DNA from: Leptogorgia sarmentosa
Lineage: Eukaryota
Assembly (NCBI GenBank): GCA_964658305.1
Contig: OZ210886.1
Coordinates: forward strand, 62,001-126,000
DNA length: 64,000 bases
Reading direction: 5' to 3'
Position numbers and translations under genes: made by a program. Below the pieces are notes generated by a model. It ran no database searches, was not told the origin of the DNA, and saw nothing but the letters and a program-made list of their open reading frames with translations. Positions 13,103-26,900 of this stretch are shown here, piece after piece. The stretch's first letter is position 1; each line of letters opens with the position of its first letter.

Positions 13103-13928
13103 TTAGTTCGCTAAACCTTAATATAACTGTTATCATGCCGCTTTATACCTTTCAAAAATTTGAATTCATACATTCTATTGGTCGTTTTTGGTGAATGACA
13201 AATAAATATTTTGCGAGAGTGTATTGTACTTTCTAGGTACAGTATGCGCATCATTATAAGTGGGGTACATTCTAAATCTAATCAGCTTTAAATCATATCA
13301 TCTATCATGTTGTATGCAAGTAACTACAGCCAATTAAAAAAAGTGGTTTTCCAGTGGAAAAGTTGAACATTAAACTCAACTTTGTCGTTGAACATTTCCA
13401 CTATTTTTGAATGTATTGACTATTATTCTCGCAGGGAGGTATTCCATGTCTCCAAAAACATTTCTTCGCTATGTATATGACTTCTAAAAGTTAAGAGTTG
13501 ATGGTTTAGTGTTTAGAGTTTTATACCTTAAAAAAATAACCTTTATTGACAAAAGTTCTACCCCCTACCTAAACGATTCAAACAGATTCGTCATTTCGAG
13601 TTTTGAAAGGCCTTTTGCCGGGTATTACAGCGTTGGTTTTGAATGGCCTTTGCTCGATATACGTCGAGTCTGTTGGTATATCGTTTAGGTAGCGAGTAAA
13701 AATTTTGAAGATTGTTACACAAATACGTCAACATAATTTTAAACGTGTACTTGTCAATTCTTTATGTATATGTAAGATTGCAAAGATATTGTCTAGTTTT
13801 CAGTTCAGCGTATTTATGTATATAGTTGGTCTCCACCATTGATTATAGCTACGTGCTTTTATTAATGTACTGTAAAAGTTGTAACCGAAAAATTCGCTGG
13901 CTTTGACACGTTTTGAATCTTAGACCAA

Positions 13929-15469
13929 TAAATTTCCTATTTGAGTGTTGTGGCCATGCAATTAGGTAGCTACAGAGTACAGTACAATACAGAGCAAGTT
14001 GATGACAGTCAAACGACATATAGTCTCTTTGTAGTCGCTATTTGCATGAGTTAACCGTTATACTTATACTGCCTATAGCATTGAATATTCAGGGTTTCAT
14101 TTGGATTTTAAAAATTCGTCCAAATTGTCTAATTCCCCCTCGCCCCCTCACACATCATATGACCTTTAAGTACACACCCTCTCTCCCAGCCTTGTATCAT
14201 TTGTATAACAACATTTTAAAGGTCGAATGATTTCTTAAACAAGCCTAATTCTATAAATTACAAGTATATGTTTCCAATTTGCTTTCCAGCAGTTTTGTAT
14301 GAAAACGTCGTTTGCTATTTGCGTCAATGTATGTTACACTTGAAGAGCGAAATTTATTAAAAAAGAATTATATTACCAAAACAAATTATTTGGAAATTCT
14401 CATAGTGCAAATTAAGTGGCGGATTGTCAAGTTTTTATGCCATGAAAATATACTTACCTCCCTCCCTCCCCCCTCCCCCCCTCCCCCCCCCCTCCCCCCC
14501 CCTCCCCCCCCCCCCCCCTCCCCCCCCCATAATGAATGCTATAAAAAGGATAAGCCGTTTATTTTCTAATGGTTGTTTCCTATTTTGTAGGAAACGTGAA
14601 ACACTCTTTGATTCGGGAAAAGTGAGGAAAACTGAAGGAAAACACGAACGGTAATGTGACGTCAAATAACGGTCATTTACCCAGGCTGTTTTTATCTTCA
14701 TGACTGGTAATTTTACTGGCAAGGTTACTTTTTCTGCATGTGTTCTTGAGTGTAATTATTGATCACTCTCTGCATTCAAAAATGACGACATTACCAAGAA
14801 GCATCGAAGGAAAATAAAGTGGAATTGTGATGGCTCTAGATGACAGAAGTCAAGAATTATTTCTAAAATATAAATTTAGGCAACCATGCAACTTGCAGAT
14901 TCTGTCTAACTGTCTAAGACCTTAGTCCAGGCCAACCAGGATCATGTAACCAGGCCTCGCATCCCTCTTTCAGTGTACACAATACCCGTAAATTTGTGTC
15001 AATTATAACTGTAAATATTTTTAATAATATAGTACCTTGTCAAACGAAGGTTTAGGGCGCGCTGGTTTACGATATCGACCTCCACAAATGGTAGAAGACA
15101 ATAAAAGGGTATTCTGTATATTGCTTCATTGGCTCCTAGCTTCTAATATATCAACCCGGGTAACAGTTTTGGCTGATATTAGTAACCCTGGGAGTCTGGG
15201 ACAAAGCCCTGAGCGTCATACCCATTTCATAAATCACGTCTGACAGAACTAATGTTGAATATTCTATCTTTATATAGGAGTTGAAATCATGGCACGTGCT
15301 TTCTGAAAATTTTGTTAAGAATCTAGTGGAAACGTGTATTAGCAACCACGAGAAAACGATGAAATTAGAAAGTCTGTATCCACAAATAATACAAGAGATG
15401 GTACAGCATTATGTTCGACAAATGAGGAACTTTGATAACTTCGTTGAGAAAAGCCTTGAAGATGTTTGA
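13929..15469 (+). pseudogene. LRRC49: Duplicated 3' end of LRRC49 (part of an intron plus the last three exons 14591-14650, 15033-15108, 15278-15469)
   Basis: Homology to 6174-7534 starts at taaatttcctatttg; the three exons keep their frame and splice sites. Confidence 0.85.
14457..14528. repeat. Expanded poly-C / (CnT) tract
   Basis: ~70 nt C-rich run; the equivalent site in the parent LRRC49 intron (~6559-6574) is only about 15 nt. Confidence 0.9.
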
Positions 15470-16331
15470 TGTTCACTCGATTAAGATCACGTGTACTTCA
15501 TCGTGAATAATAAGTGGAACATGCGCAGTAAGTGAGGCTGTGTTTCACAAGCCGGCCTAACTTTTTGCGATTTTCCCCTGTAACCGGATTCATGATGGTC
15601 AACTGTAATGTTTCCACGAAATAAAGTTGGATTTTTGGAAGATGTTAAAGGTTATTTTTATAAAGAGTGAATTGCTGTCTTTTACGTCTCCATGCAATCA
15701 AAGAAAGTAATTTATGCTGCAGTACTGTAATTAGACGGTTGAAACACGTGCAATGATAGTAATTATATGATGAGTAATTAGTAAGTAAATGACAAAGTAC
15801 ATCGTTTGAGCTATGAATTACAAAATAGAAAAGTATTTAAAAAAAAGTGCAAAAGTTCTTTATCGGTATTAACCGACCTGACTAATTTATCAAAAAACGT
15901 TCATATCTGAGCAGTGCAATTACCTAGAAATTGAATAAAAAAGGAAAGTTTTAATGAAAGGTAAAACAAACTATATAGGTATTTTTAACACTAGTCACAA
16001 CTGTTTCAATTCAAACAAACGTCAAGAGTGTACGTAATCCTGATAGCTACGCAAAGGTGGCTTGGATGTTTTAATTGTTTACCATTCGGACATTCAATTA
16101 CGTGGTAACAATCTTATGCTTCATGCTTATTAACATTTCATCATGCACGTGATTTCCATCTTAGTTCTGACTATCATGCAATCTAACTTCATGTTAACCT
16201 GAAAAACTGCATGTTGAATACTGCATATTGAAAAACTGCAATGTTATATCACTAAGCCTAAGGATACATGGATTATGTAAAAAAAAACTATTTCTGCATG
16301 ATAACTTACTTGAGATTGTTGTCAATAGTGC

Positions 16332-19300
16332 TCAACATCCATAAAATTCAACACGAAGGGAGATGTGTCCATTCCAGGATTTCGGTTCAATCCTTACATA
16401 TCGAGCAACGATGGGGGGTGAAATAACATTGTGAACTACAGAATGCTTATCTCCGTTGCCATTGAATACCTAAAATAATTAGGTTATAACAGTGATTTAA
16501 AAATACTACAGGGGTCTGGGGGCCCTCAAAGTCGAGCGAGAAATTCTCTAATGTACCTACCTTAGCTTGGCCATCGTGTTTATACAGGAAAAATGTTACC
16601 CCATTAATGCTGTAATGCAATGTGTAGGTTTTTACCCACTGTGAACAGCAATCTTCCCTTCCCTGAGTACTGATGCCAACCACAACAGTTTGACGTTTGA
16701 AATCAACCAGTAACCATTGGTTGAGATTGTTTGATTTTGAAGACCAAGCTCCTGTTCTGCCACTGTGTGCGATAAAAAACAATCTGGCGTTGTTTGGACC
16801 ATGGTTGGTTGAGTATTCCGATGACGCTGTGATTTGGGAGTTCAGGATTTTTCCACTGCGCATTCCCAAGTCCTTTGTGCCTTCACAATCTTTTGAAGAA
16901 AAGTATTTTTTGACGGAAATAGAGTGATAGTGATGGAGTTCACAATATCCTGTGCATGTATAGACATACAGATACAGTTGATAATTTAAATATAAAAGGC
17001 TTTAATTTAGCAATCTTATACGATTTTCAAAATAGGCATTGACTCGGACGAATTAACGCAAACGTTTATGTATATTAAAATGATTTTTGATCAGAAAGAT
17101 GACCACCGAAACTGTATACATATTAATTTGTGATCCCATGTAGAACATCATATTAGGTTAACTTTATAGTACCTTTATAACATCCAAAAAGTTCCATTCT
17201 CAAGGAAATGTGTCCGTTCCAAGACTTTGGTTGGATGCGAATGTATCGAGCCAGGATTGGTGAAGAGAAATCATGATGTACTGTTGAAAATTTGTCTGTA
17301 TTACCACTGAAAATCTAGAAATATCCATACATGTATTTTTAGCTGTTCATTGCAACAAGCCTGGAACAAGCTGTCATTAAGTCGTAATAAGACGATGGGA
17401 CTCACTATCCATGACTAATTACAAGAACGTTGTTCTAATATTGAATGTCGAACAAGAAAACTTTGCGCGGCATGATATTTAACAGAAAACATCCATTTAT
17501 TTTTTATTTATTTAGTTTTTCCTTACCTTAATTTGATTAAGTTCTTTGTATGGTCGAAACTTCACTCCATCATTACTGTATGAAACAATGTATGTTTTGA
17601 CAAACTGATTGCAACAATCTTCACGACCTTGTGTGCTTATACCAGTGATCACTGTTTGTTGTTCAAGATCAACTTGCAACCATTGGTTTACATCATTGAC
17701 TTTTGCCGACCATGCTCCAGTTCTTCCATTGTGTGCTTTAAAGTTCAGACGTCCATTTTGTGCACGATGTCCTGAATCATATTCAGATGATGCGCTAATC
17801 TGACCGTCGCGAATTCTTCCTTTTTCTAATCCAAGCTTTCCAGGTTCATTGCAATCTGTAAATGAGATATACTCTATTTAGATGCAATTGCAATAATGTA
17901 CAATTAATGATATGATTTGGAATACCGTAAATGTTCGTTGTAGCGCTGCTCCCGGTTTAGCGCCGCACTCACAATGAGTAAAAGATTTAATATAATAACC
18001 ACTGGGGCGCGCAAAAGCGAGCATTTACGGTAGTAGGTACCAAATTCCTTCACTGAGAAATCCAAAGGTTCACCACTGTATAGTATATATGTGATAATAA
18101 GGAATTACGGAAATAGACGTTCCAAGTGAATTCCTTATACGAAATTGGATAAATAACGATGCCAAGGTAAATTTTCGACATCAAATATTTTGCTACATGG
18201 ATGCAGTCTTTTTTTATTATATCAGATTTATTAATTTTATTGTCGTATTTCAATTATTTTTCAATTGGCCAACAATGTCTGGTCTTTCTTACTAGGTGAT
18301 GTTTATTTTTCTATTGTGCATGACAACTAACTTTTAAACCAGTAAATACATTCAGCTCAGTGCGCACGAGTAGAGTTAACGTTATTTGTGGAGGGTTCAT
18401 CCAGATTGGTCGCACGAGCGGGTGGATTTTGTAATGTCTTGCCCGCCAACCAATCGAGACGTGAAAACGCGCGGACAAACCTCCTCCCATCCAGTAAATA
18501 ACATAAATCTTTACCTATATAGCATCCGTGGAATTCCACCCTCATGGAAATGTGACTATGCCAGGTTTTAGGATGAACACGAATATATCTGGTAGTAATT
18601 GCTGTAGGTAGGCTGTGGTAAACAACTGAATCTCCATCGCTATTGCCATCAAATACCTGTATTTCAAAAATACAAGAAACCCAGCTAGGTAAAAGAATAG
18701 GCACTGGGAGGATTGAGTCTTGGCTGTAAAAATTCCTACATCGATTGATGATCCAGTTTTTTTCCTCCGTCTCCCAATTAATTTTCATCCAGTCCTATAG
18801 GAGTACTGGATTCATTTTGATCCGGTCATAAGACTATTAAATTAATTTTGTCCAGTCTTAAGACTTCTAATCCAGTCGTATTAGGTTAATCGTATTATGT
18901 AATGAATTTAATAAACTCGACTTAATTTGTGGAGTTCGTTGAAACAAATTTACACCGCATAAATTTGATGATTTGTAAATCATATATACCTTGAGAACAC
19001 GATGAGGTTTATAGGCTTGGAATGACAGTCCATCTTGGCTGTAAGACAGTGTGTAACTCTTAACAAACTGAGTAGTTCCTGCTCTTCCCTGGGTACTGAT
19101 TCCAACTATGGCTGTTGGTCGCTTAAAATCAATCTGTAACCATTGATTGATGTCATTTGTTTTGGACGACCAAGCTCCTGTTCTACCATTATGTGGTGTA
19201 TAAAACAGTCTACTATTGCTGGAGCTGTGGTTTGGACTATATTCACTTGATGCTGAGATTTGTGAGTCACTGATCAGACCATTTTCCATTCCAAGTTTCT

Positions 19301-21272
19301 TAGGTTCACTACAAACTATAAGAAGAAACATTTAGCAGCTTTTTACCACGGATTTTGAAAAAGTGATTGGTCGTGAGGACAGCGTCATCATGCAAGGAAA
19401 CGCTTATAGTTGGAGCGATATACATATAACGTTGTACAATCATATCCACTGATTGCTACTTTGTATGACGAAAATTGAAGTAAAAAAACTATACGACAGA
19501 AGTCCTGCCATCGGTACATTGATGCCATTGATATCGACTTGCGAAACATTTTAGATAAACCAACCTACACATGGACAGTCATTATAGGAATTTGGATCAA
19601 TATAAGGCCCCGTCCACACGTATCCGGATACTTTTTTTCCCTCCGTTTTGGCGTTGCGTCCACAACGTATCCGGCGTTTTCGGCAACCGAAAACGGAGCT
19701 TTTCGAAAACGCTCTCCAGAGTGGAGGCTTTCGAAAACGCAGCTTTTACATTCACGTTTGGCGGAGAAAGTATCCGGATATCCTTTTCAACAATCATGCA
19801 GCGTAGCTCAGCGTAGCTCAGCGTCGCCTTGAGTTTAAAAACAATGAAGTATTTACGCACAATTTTTGCAAGAACTTCAATGAAAACCTGAAAACCTCCC
19901 GTAGCCTATTCCCCACCTCATTGAATGTGAATTTGTATCTTTTTATGCATTGGCCGTCTTGCTGAACTATTAGATTACGTAAAGATGAGATGAGTGATTT
20001 TTGCACCAAGGCGTTGCATTTCCGCAGCTCGTTTCACTGGGCTAATGATGTTGATAATTGTGCACAGGATTCTTTACCCAGGTTTGGGATAATTTGGGCT
20101 ATAGGGGTAAAATTCGACAACGACTGCTAAAATTTAGCGACTACTAAAACGTCGAGATAAAACGATATAGCGAATTTTAGCGCGTTTCATCAGTCAGTGA
20201 GTATTTCAAAATCTTCACAGTTCTAATGTTTAAGGTTTGAACTGCTATATCAATGCGTTCATAAAACTACCAGGCTAGAAACGACTGCTACAAGGCGAGT
20301 CAAAAGCTGGTCAAAATCGTGTATTCTAACACGTCTGGCCGTAAAAAAATTATGCAAGAATTTGTCACTTGAAGTATTAGCTATCTAATATTCGCCCTTG
20401 TCCAGCCCTGGCAAACATCCTCTGCCACGACATGCTATTCTAGAAGATACTTGCCTTGATCTTTTTCCGCAATTTGTTCTTTGCATTTTCCATCTTTAAG
20501 GTATTTCCACAGGGAATTCATCTCGTAGTTAAATTCGTCTTTGAGGTCACTGATTTCATTCTTGACATCAAGCAGAATATCTTTTAACTCTTTAATATCA
20601 GATTTCAAACCATATCCCTCTTCGTCGTTAAAAGTTTCTTTTGTCAAAGAATCATCCGTATCATCAAACGTGAAGCATTTTACACTGAAAAAAACGTATT
20701 AGAGGGTCGTGAAGAGGTAAAAAGGGAACTGGGATTTGCTTATTTTTGGCTGGGAAATTGGGATTTTATGCACTGCGACCGGAATTGCAAAAAAAACAAT
20801 AGAAAATGGAACTGCAAAAAAACAATAGAAAATGGGAATGGGATTAAGATTTGAGCAGGACAGCCGCTAGGACGATGGGATTTGTGCTCTTGGACAATGG
20901 GATTTTTTGAAATTTCGAAATTTGGGCTGGTAAATGGGATTACCCGCAAGTTGCAAACTTCAGACCGTATTTTAAAGTAAGTTGTACAAGTTTTCGGCAG
21001 TAAAGTAAATTATTCACGCCCAAGTTTTCATTTACAAATCACCCCAACTTTGGGCTACGAACAGTTGATCTCCATACAATTTGCCGTTTGCGGTTAACCG
21101 TATGTCGTAAACGTCAATCTTAAAAGTACCTAATGATCCGGTAGCACTTTCCAAATTTGGACTATGGATTAGTTTATAATCAAAGTGATTGTTAACGGTG
21201 TACATGTACTTACCTTGAATATGAATAGAAAGATGCGAAGAAAATGAACAATGCAAACCTTGTTGCGTTCAT
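16332..21272 (-). CDS. Type B secreted coiled-coil + 3x discoidin protein, copy B1, ~564 aa
   Basis: Exons 21272-21214 (MNATRFALFIFFASFYSYSS), 20684-20455, 19315-18990, 18656-18515, 17855-17527, 17314-17173, 16889-16561, 16469-16332; 1695 nt in frame. Confidence 0.9.
19606..19783. mobile_element. MITE-like relic in intron 2 of B1 (also 27243-27420 and 34940-35117)
   Basis: Starts taa|ggccccgtccacacg with repeated gtatccgg and gaaaacg motifs; lies within a ~490-bp segment that copy B4 lacks. No matching right TIR found. Confidence 0.55.
20701..20945. repeat. GGGATT-motif interspersed repeat in intron 1 of type B genes
   Basis: Many gggatt/gggaat motifs and a direct repeat gcaaaaaaacaatagaaaatgg; present in all B copies, absent from intron 1 of type A. 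Confidence 0.5.
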
Positions 21273-22301
21273 CTTGCGTCAAAAGAGAACGTTAAGAACT
21301 TTTCCGTCGATTGCAGTGCTTGTCCTTTATATGACAGTTTCAACGGAATGAACGGATGTTCGAAGTCTCGGTCTGTTGCGTCCAAGCACGTTCCTCATGA
21401 ACGAACATTCAACAGTTGTTCTTTTTGAAGAAAATAATTTCCTTCAGCCCGAAAAAAAGAAGACACAAGGTCAAAACCATGCATCTGGTCGAAGTGCCAA
21501 ACTTTTATAACGTATTACCAAGAAATCATTTAGCTTGTAATACAAGCCTTGTATACAATAATTTTTAGCGAGGTTTGGCCAAATCTTAAAAAGACAAGGA
21601 CCATGTCAAATTACCTTTCAAAACTGTCAACACAGAAGTTAAGAGTTTTCGACTTCCTGTTGAGAATATGAATCTTAATTAGCTACGCCCTTTTTTGTTT
21701 TCATTTAAAAATTTGGAAGTATTATAACGTTCTAGCCATAGTTCAATCAAAATCTATTGCAACAAATACTTTCAGCATTTTTTTAGTTTGTTTTGACCCT
21801 GTCTAATTTATTAAATCAGTTATAAAAATGTTGAGCCATAGCTTTCGCAATTTCCTGTTCAGGTTATTTTTGGAAAATTTACAACTGATAATATATATAA
21901 ATGAACCAATTAAATAATTGCAGTAACCACTGAGTATTTTCATGAAATACACAACAACGGTAACTCCGAATAGAGACATGCAGCATTTTGATTCAACGTT
22001 TCGACTTTATTTAGTCATCATGCATCCAACCTTGCATGTCGACATTTCTATGCAGGGAATTGCAGCACTTGGAAAAAATCAACCATGCATCTTAGGCTGA
22101 GCGTTTATCGACTCTACACAAGCGCCCTCAACCCACGATCTTCGAGGTGAAAGGCCTATTCTCAGCTCACCGAGCAACAAATGCCTCATGAATGATCAAT
22201 AATTGATCGATTGATGTCGTGACACATTTCGTTTCATATAATATACCCATAAGATGCATAACCAATGGAATTGTTGTCAGTATTGCTCACTCAGTATTAC
22301 T

Positions 22302-23106
22302 AACACTCTTTGATTCGGGAAAAGTGAGGAAAACTGAAGGAAAACACGAACGGTAATGTGACGTCAAATAACGGTCATTTACCCAGGCTGTTTTTATCTT
22401 CATGACTGGTAATTTTACTGGCAGGGTTACTTTTTCTGCATGTGTTCTTGAGTGTAATTATTGATCACTCTCTGCATTCAAAAATGACGACATTACCAAG
22501 AAGCATCGAAGGAAAATAAAGTGGAATTGTGATGGCTCTAGATGACAGAAGTCAAGAATTAGTCCAGGCCAACCAGGATCATGTAACCAGGCCTCGCATC
22601 CCTCTTTCAGTGTACACAATACCCGTAAATTTGTGTCAATTATAACTGTAAATATTTTTAATAATATAGTACCTTGTCAAACGAAGGTTTAGGGCGCGCT
22701 GGTTTACGATATCGACCTCCACAAATGGTAGAAGACAATAAAAAGGTATTCTGTATATTGCTTCATTGGCTCCTAGCTTCTAATATATCAACCCGGGTAA
22801 CAGTTTTGGCTGATATTAGTAACCCTGGGAGTCTGGGACAAAGCCCTGAGCGTCATACCCATTTCATATATCACGTCTGACGGAACTAATGTTGAATATT
22901 CTATCTTTATATAGGAGTTGAAATCATGGCACGTGCTTTCTGAAAATTTTGTTAAGAATCTAGTGGAAACGTGTATTAGCAACCACGAGAAAACGATGAA
23001 ATTAGAAAGTCTGTATCCACAAATAATACAAGAGATGGTACAGCATTATGTTCGACAAATGAGGAACTTTGATAACTTCGTTGAGAAAAGCCTTGAAGAT
23101 GTTTGA
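22302..23106 (+). pseudogene. LRRC49: LRRC49 3' fragment (first exon 5'-truncated)
   Basis: Begins aacactctttgattcggga inside the antepenultimate exon; carries a ~65-bp intronic deletion at ~22560. Confidence 0.85.
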
Positions 23107-23968
23107 TGTTCACTCGATTAAGATCACGTGTACTTCATCGTGAATAATAAGTGGAACATGCGCAGTAAGTGAGGCTGTGTTTCACAAGCCGGCCTAACTT
23201 TTTGCGATTTTCCCCTGTAACCGGATTCATGATGGTCAACTGTAATGTTTCCACGAAATAAAGTTGGATTTTTGGAAGATGTTAAAGGTTATTTTTATAA
23301 AGAGTGAATTGCTGTCTTTTACGTCTCCATGCAATCAAAGAAAGTAATTTATGCTGCAGTACTGTAATTAGACGGTTGAAACACGTGCAATGATAGTAAT
23401 TATATGATGAGTAATTAGTAAGTAAATGACAAAGTACATCGTTTGAGCTATGAATTACAAAATAGAAAAGTATTTAAAAAAAAGTGCAAAAGTTCTTTAT
23501 CGGTATTAACCGACCTGACTAATTTATCAAAAAACGTTCATATCTGAGCAGTGCAATTACCTAGAAATTGAATAAAAAAGGAAAGTTTTAATGAAAGGTA
23601 AAACAAACTATATAGGTATTTTTAACACTAGTCACAACTGTTTCAATTCAAACAAACGTCAAGAGTGTACGTAATCCTGATAGCTACGCAAAGGTGGCTT
23701 GGATGTTTTAATTGTTTACCATTCGGACATTCAATTACGTGGTAACAATCTTATGCTTCATGCTTATTAACATTTCATCATGCACGTGATTTCCATCTTA
23801 GTTCTGACTATCATGCAATCTAACTTCATGTTAACCTGAAAAACTGCATGTTGAATACTGCATATTGAAAAACTGCAATGTTATATCACTAAGCCTAAGG
23901 ATACATGGATTATGTAAAAAAAAACTATTTCTGCATGATAACTTACTTGAGATTGTTGTCAATAGTGC

Positions 23969-26900
23969 TCAACATCCATAAAATTCAACACGAAGGGAGA
24001 TGTGTCCATTCCAGGATTTCGGTTCAATCCTTACATATCGAGCAACGATGGGGGGTGAAATAACATTGTGAACTACAGAATGCTTATCTCCGTTGCCATT
24101 GAATACCTAAAATAATTAGGTTATAACAGTGATTTAAAAATACTACAGGGGTCTGGGGGCCCTCAAAGTCGAGCGAGAAATTCTCTAATGTACCTACCTT
24201 AGCTTGGCCATCGTGTTTATACAGGAAAAATGTTACCCCATTAATGCTGTAATGCAATGTGTAGGTTTTTACCCACTGTGAACAGCAATCTTCCCTTCCC
24301 TGAGTACTGATGCCAACCACAACAGTTTGACGTTTGAAATCAACCAGTAACCATTGGTTGAGATTGTTTGATTTTGAAGACCAAGCTCCTGTTCTGCCAC
24401 TGTGTGCGATAAAAAACAATCTGGCGTTGTTTGGACCATGGTTGGTTGAGTATTCCGATGACGCTGTGATTTGGGAGTTCAGGATTTTTCCACTGCGCAT
24501 TCCCAAGTCCTTTGTGCCTTCACAATCTTTTGAAGAAAAGTATTTTTTGACGGAAATAGAGTGATAGTGATGGAGTTCACAATATCCTGTGCATGTATAG
24601 ACATACAGATACAGTTGATAATTTAAATATAAAAGGCTTTAATTTAGCAATCTTATACGATTTTCAAAATAGGCATTGACTCGGACGAATTAACGCAAAC
24701 GTTTATGTATATTAAAATGATTTTTGATCAGAAAGATGACCACCGAAACTGTATACATATTAATTTGTGATCCCATGTAGAACATCATATTAGGTTAACT
24801 TTATAGTACCTTTATAACATCCAAAAAGTTCCATTCTCAAGGAAATGTGTCCGTTCCAAGACTTTGGTTGGATGCGAATGTATCGAGCCAGGATTGGTGA
24901 AGAGAAATCATGATGTACTGTTGAAAATTTGTCTGTATTACCACTGAAAATCTAGAAATATCCATACATGTATTTTTAGCTGTTCATTGCAACAAGCCTG
25001 GAACAAGCTGTCATTAAGTCGTAATAAAACGATGGGACTCACTATCCATGACTAATTACAAGAACGTTGTTCTAATATTGAATGTCGAACAAGAAAACTT
25101 TGCGCAGCATGATATTTAACAGAAAACATCCATTTATTTTTTATTTATTTAGTTTTTCCTTACCTTAATTTGATTAAGTTCTTTGTATGGTCGAAACTTC
25201 ACTCCATCATTACTGTATGAAACAATGTATGTTTTGACAAACTGATTGCAACAATCTTCACGACCTTGTGTGCTTATACCAGTGATCACTGTTTGTTGTT
25301 CAAGATCAACTTGCAACCATTGGTTTACATCATTGACTTTTGCCGACCATGCTCCAGTTCTTCCATTGTGTGCTTTAAAGTTCAGACGTCCATTTTGTGC
25401 ACGATGTCCTGAATCATATTCAGATGATGCGCTAATCTGACCGTCGCGAATTCTTCCTTTTTCTAATCCAAGCTTTCCAGGTTCATTGCAATCTGTAAAT
25501 GAGATATACTCTATTTAGATGCAATTGCAATAATGTACAATTAATGATATGATTTGGAATACCGTAAATGTTCGTTGTAGCGCTGCTCCCGGTTTAGCGC
25601 CGCACTCACAATGAGTAAAAGATTTAATATAATAACCACTGGGGCGCGCAAAAGCGAGCATTTACGGTAGTAGGTACCAAATTCCTTCACTGAGAAATCC
25701 AAAGGTTCACCACTGTATAGTATATATGTGATAATAAGGAATTACGGAAATAGACGTTCCAAGTGAATTCCTTATACGAAATTGGATAAATAACGATGCC
25801 AAGGTAAATTTTCGACATCAAATATTTTGCTACATGGATGCAGTCTTTTTTTATTATATCAGATTTATTAATTTTATTGTCGTATTTCAATTATTTTTCA
25901 ATTGGCCAACAATGTCTGGTCTTTCTTACTAGGTGATGTTTATTTTTCTATTGTGCATGACAACTAACTTTTAAACCAGTAAATACATTCAGCTCAGTGC
26001 GCACGAGTAGAGTTAACGTTATTTGTGGAGGGTTCATCCAGATTGGTCGCACGAGCGGGTGGATTTTGTAATGTCTTGCCCGCCAACCAATCGAGACGTG
26101 AAAACGCGCGGACAAACCTCCTCCCATCCAGTAAATAACATAAATCTTTACCTATATAGCATCCGTGGAATTCCACCCTCATGGAAATGTGACTATGCCA
26201 GGTTTTAGGATGAACACGAATATATCTGGTAGTAATTGCTGTAGGTAGGCTGTGGTAAACAACTGAATCTCCATCGCTATTGCCATCAAATACCTGTATT
26301 TCAAAAATACAAGAAACCCAGCTAGGTAAAAGAATAGGCACTGGGAGGATTGAGTCTTGGCTGTAAAAATTCCTACATCGATTGATGATCCAGTTTTTTT
26401 CCTCCGTCTCCCAATTAATTTTCATCCAGTCCTATAGGAGTACTGGATTCATTTTGATCCGGTCATAAGACTATTAAATTAATTTTGTCCAGTCTTAAGA
26501 CTTCTAATCCAGTCGTATTAGGTTAATCGTATTATGTAATGAATTTAATAAACTCGACTTAATTTGTGGAGTTCGTTGAAACAAATTTACACCGCATAAA
26601 TTTGATGATTTGTAAATCATATATACCTTGAGAACACGATGAGGTTTATAGGCTTGGAATGACAGTCCATCTTGGCTGTAAGACAGTGTGTAACTCTTAA
26701 CAAACTGAGTACTTCCTGCTCTTCCCTGGGTACTGATTCCAACTATGGCTGTTGGTCGCTTAAAATCAATCTGTAACCATTGATTGATGTCATTTGTTTT
26801 GGACGACCAAGCTCCTGTTCTACCATTATGTGGTGTATAAAACAGTCTACTATTGCTGGAGCTGTGGTTTGGACTATATTCACTTGATGCTGAGATTTGT

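Noticed and set aside
14312..14722. Poly-Pro / poly-Gly ORFs
   Set aside because: Translations of an intronic poly-C tract.
19539..20009. Cluster of overlapping ORFs in type B intron 2
   Set aside because: They lie over a repeat relic, shift frame between copies and are missing from B4; no transposase motifs seen.
22120..22180. tRNA/SINE-like degenerate stretch upstream of type B genes
   Set aside because: B-box is broken and there is no tail or TSD; too weak to call.
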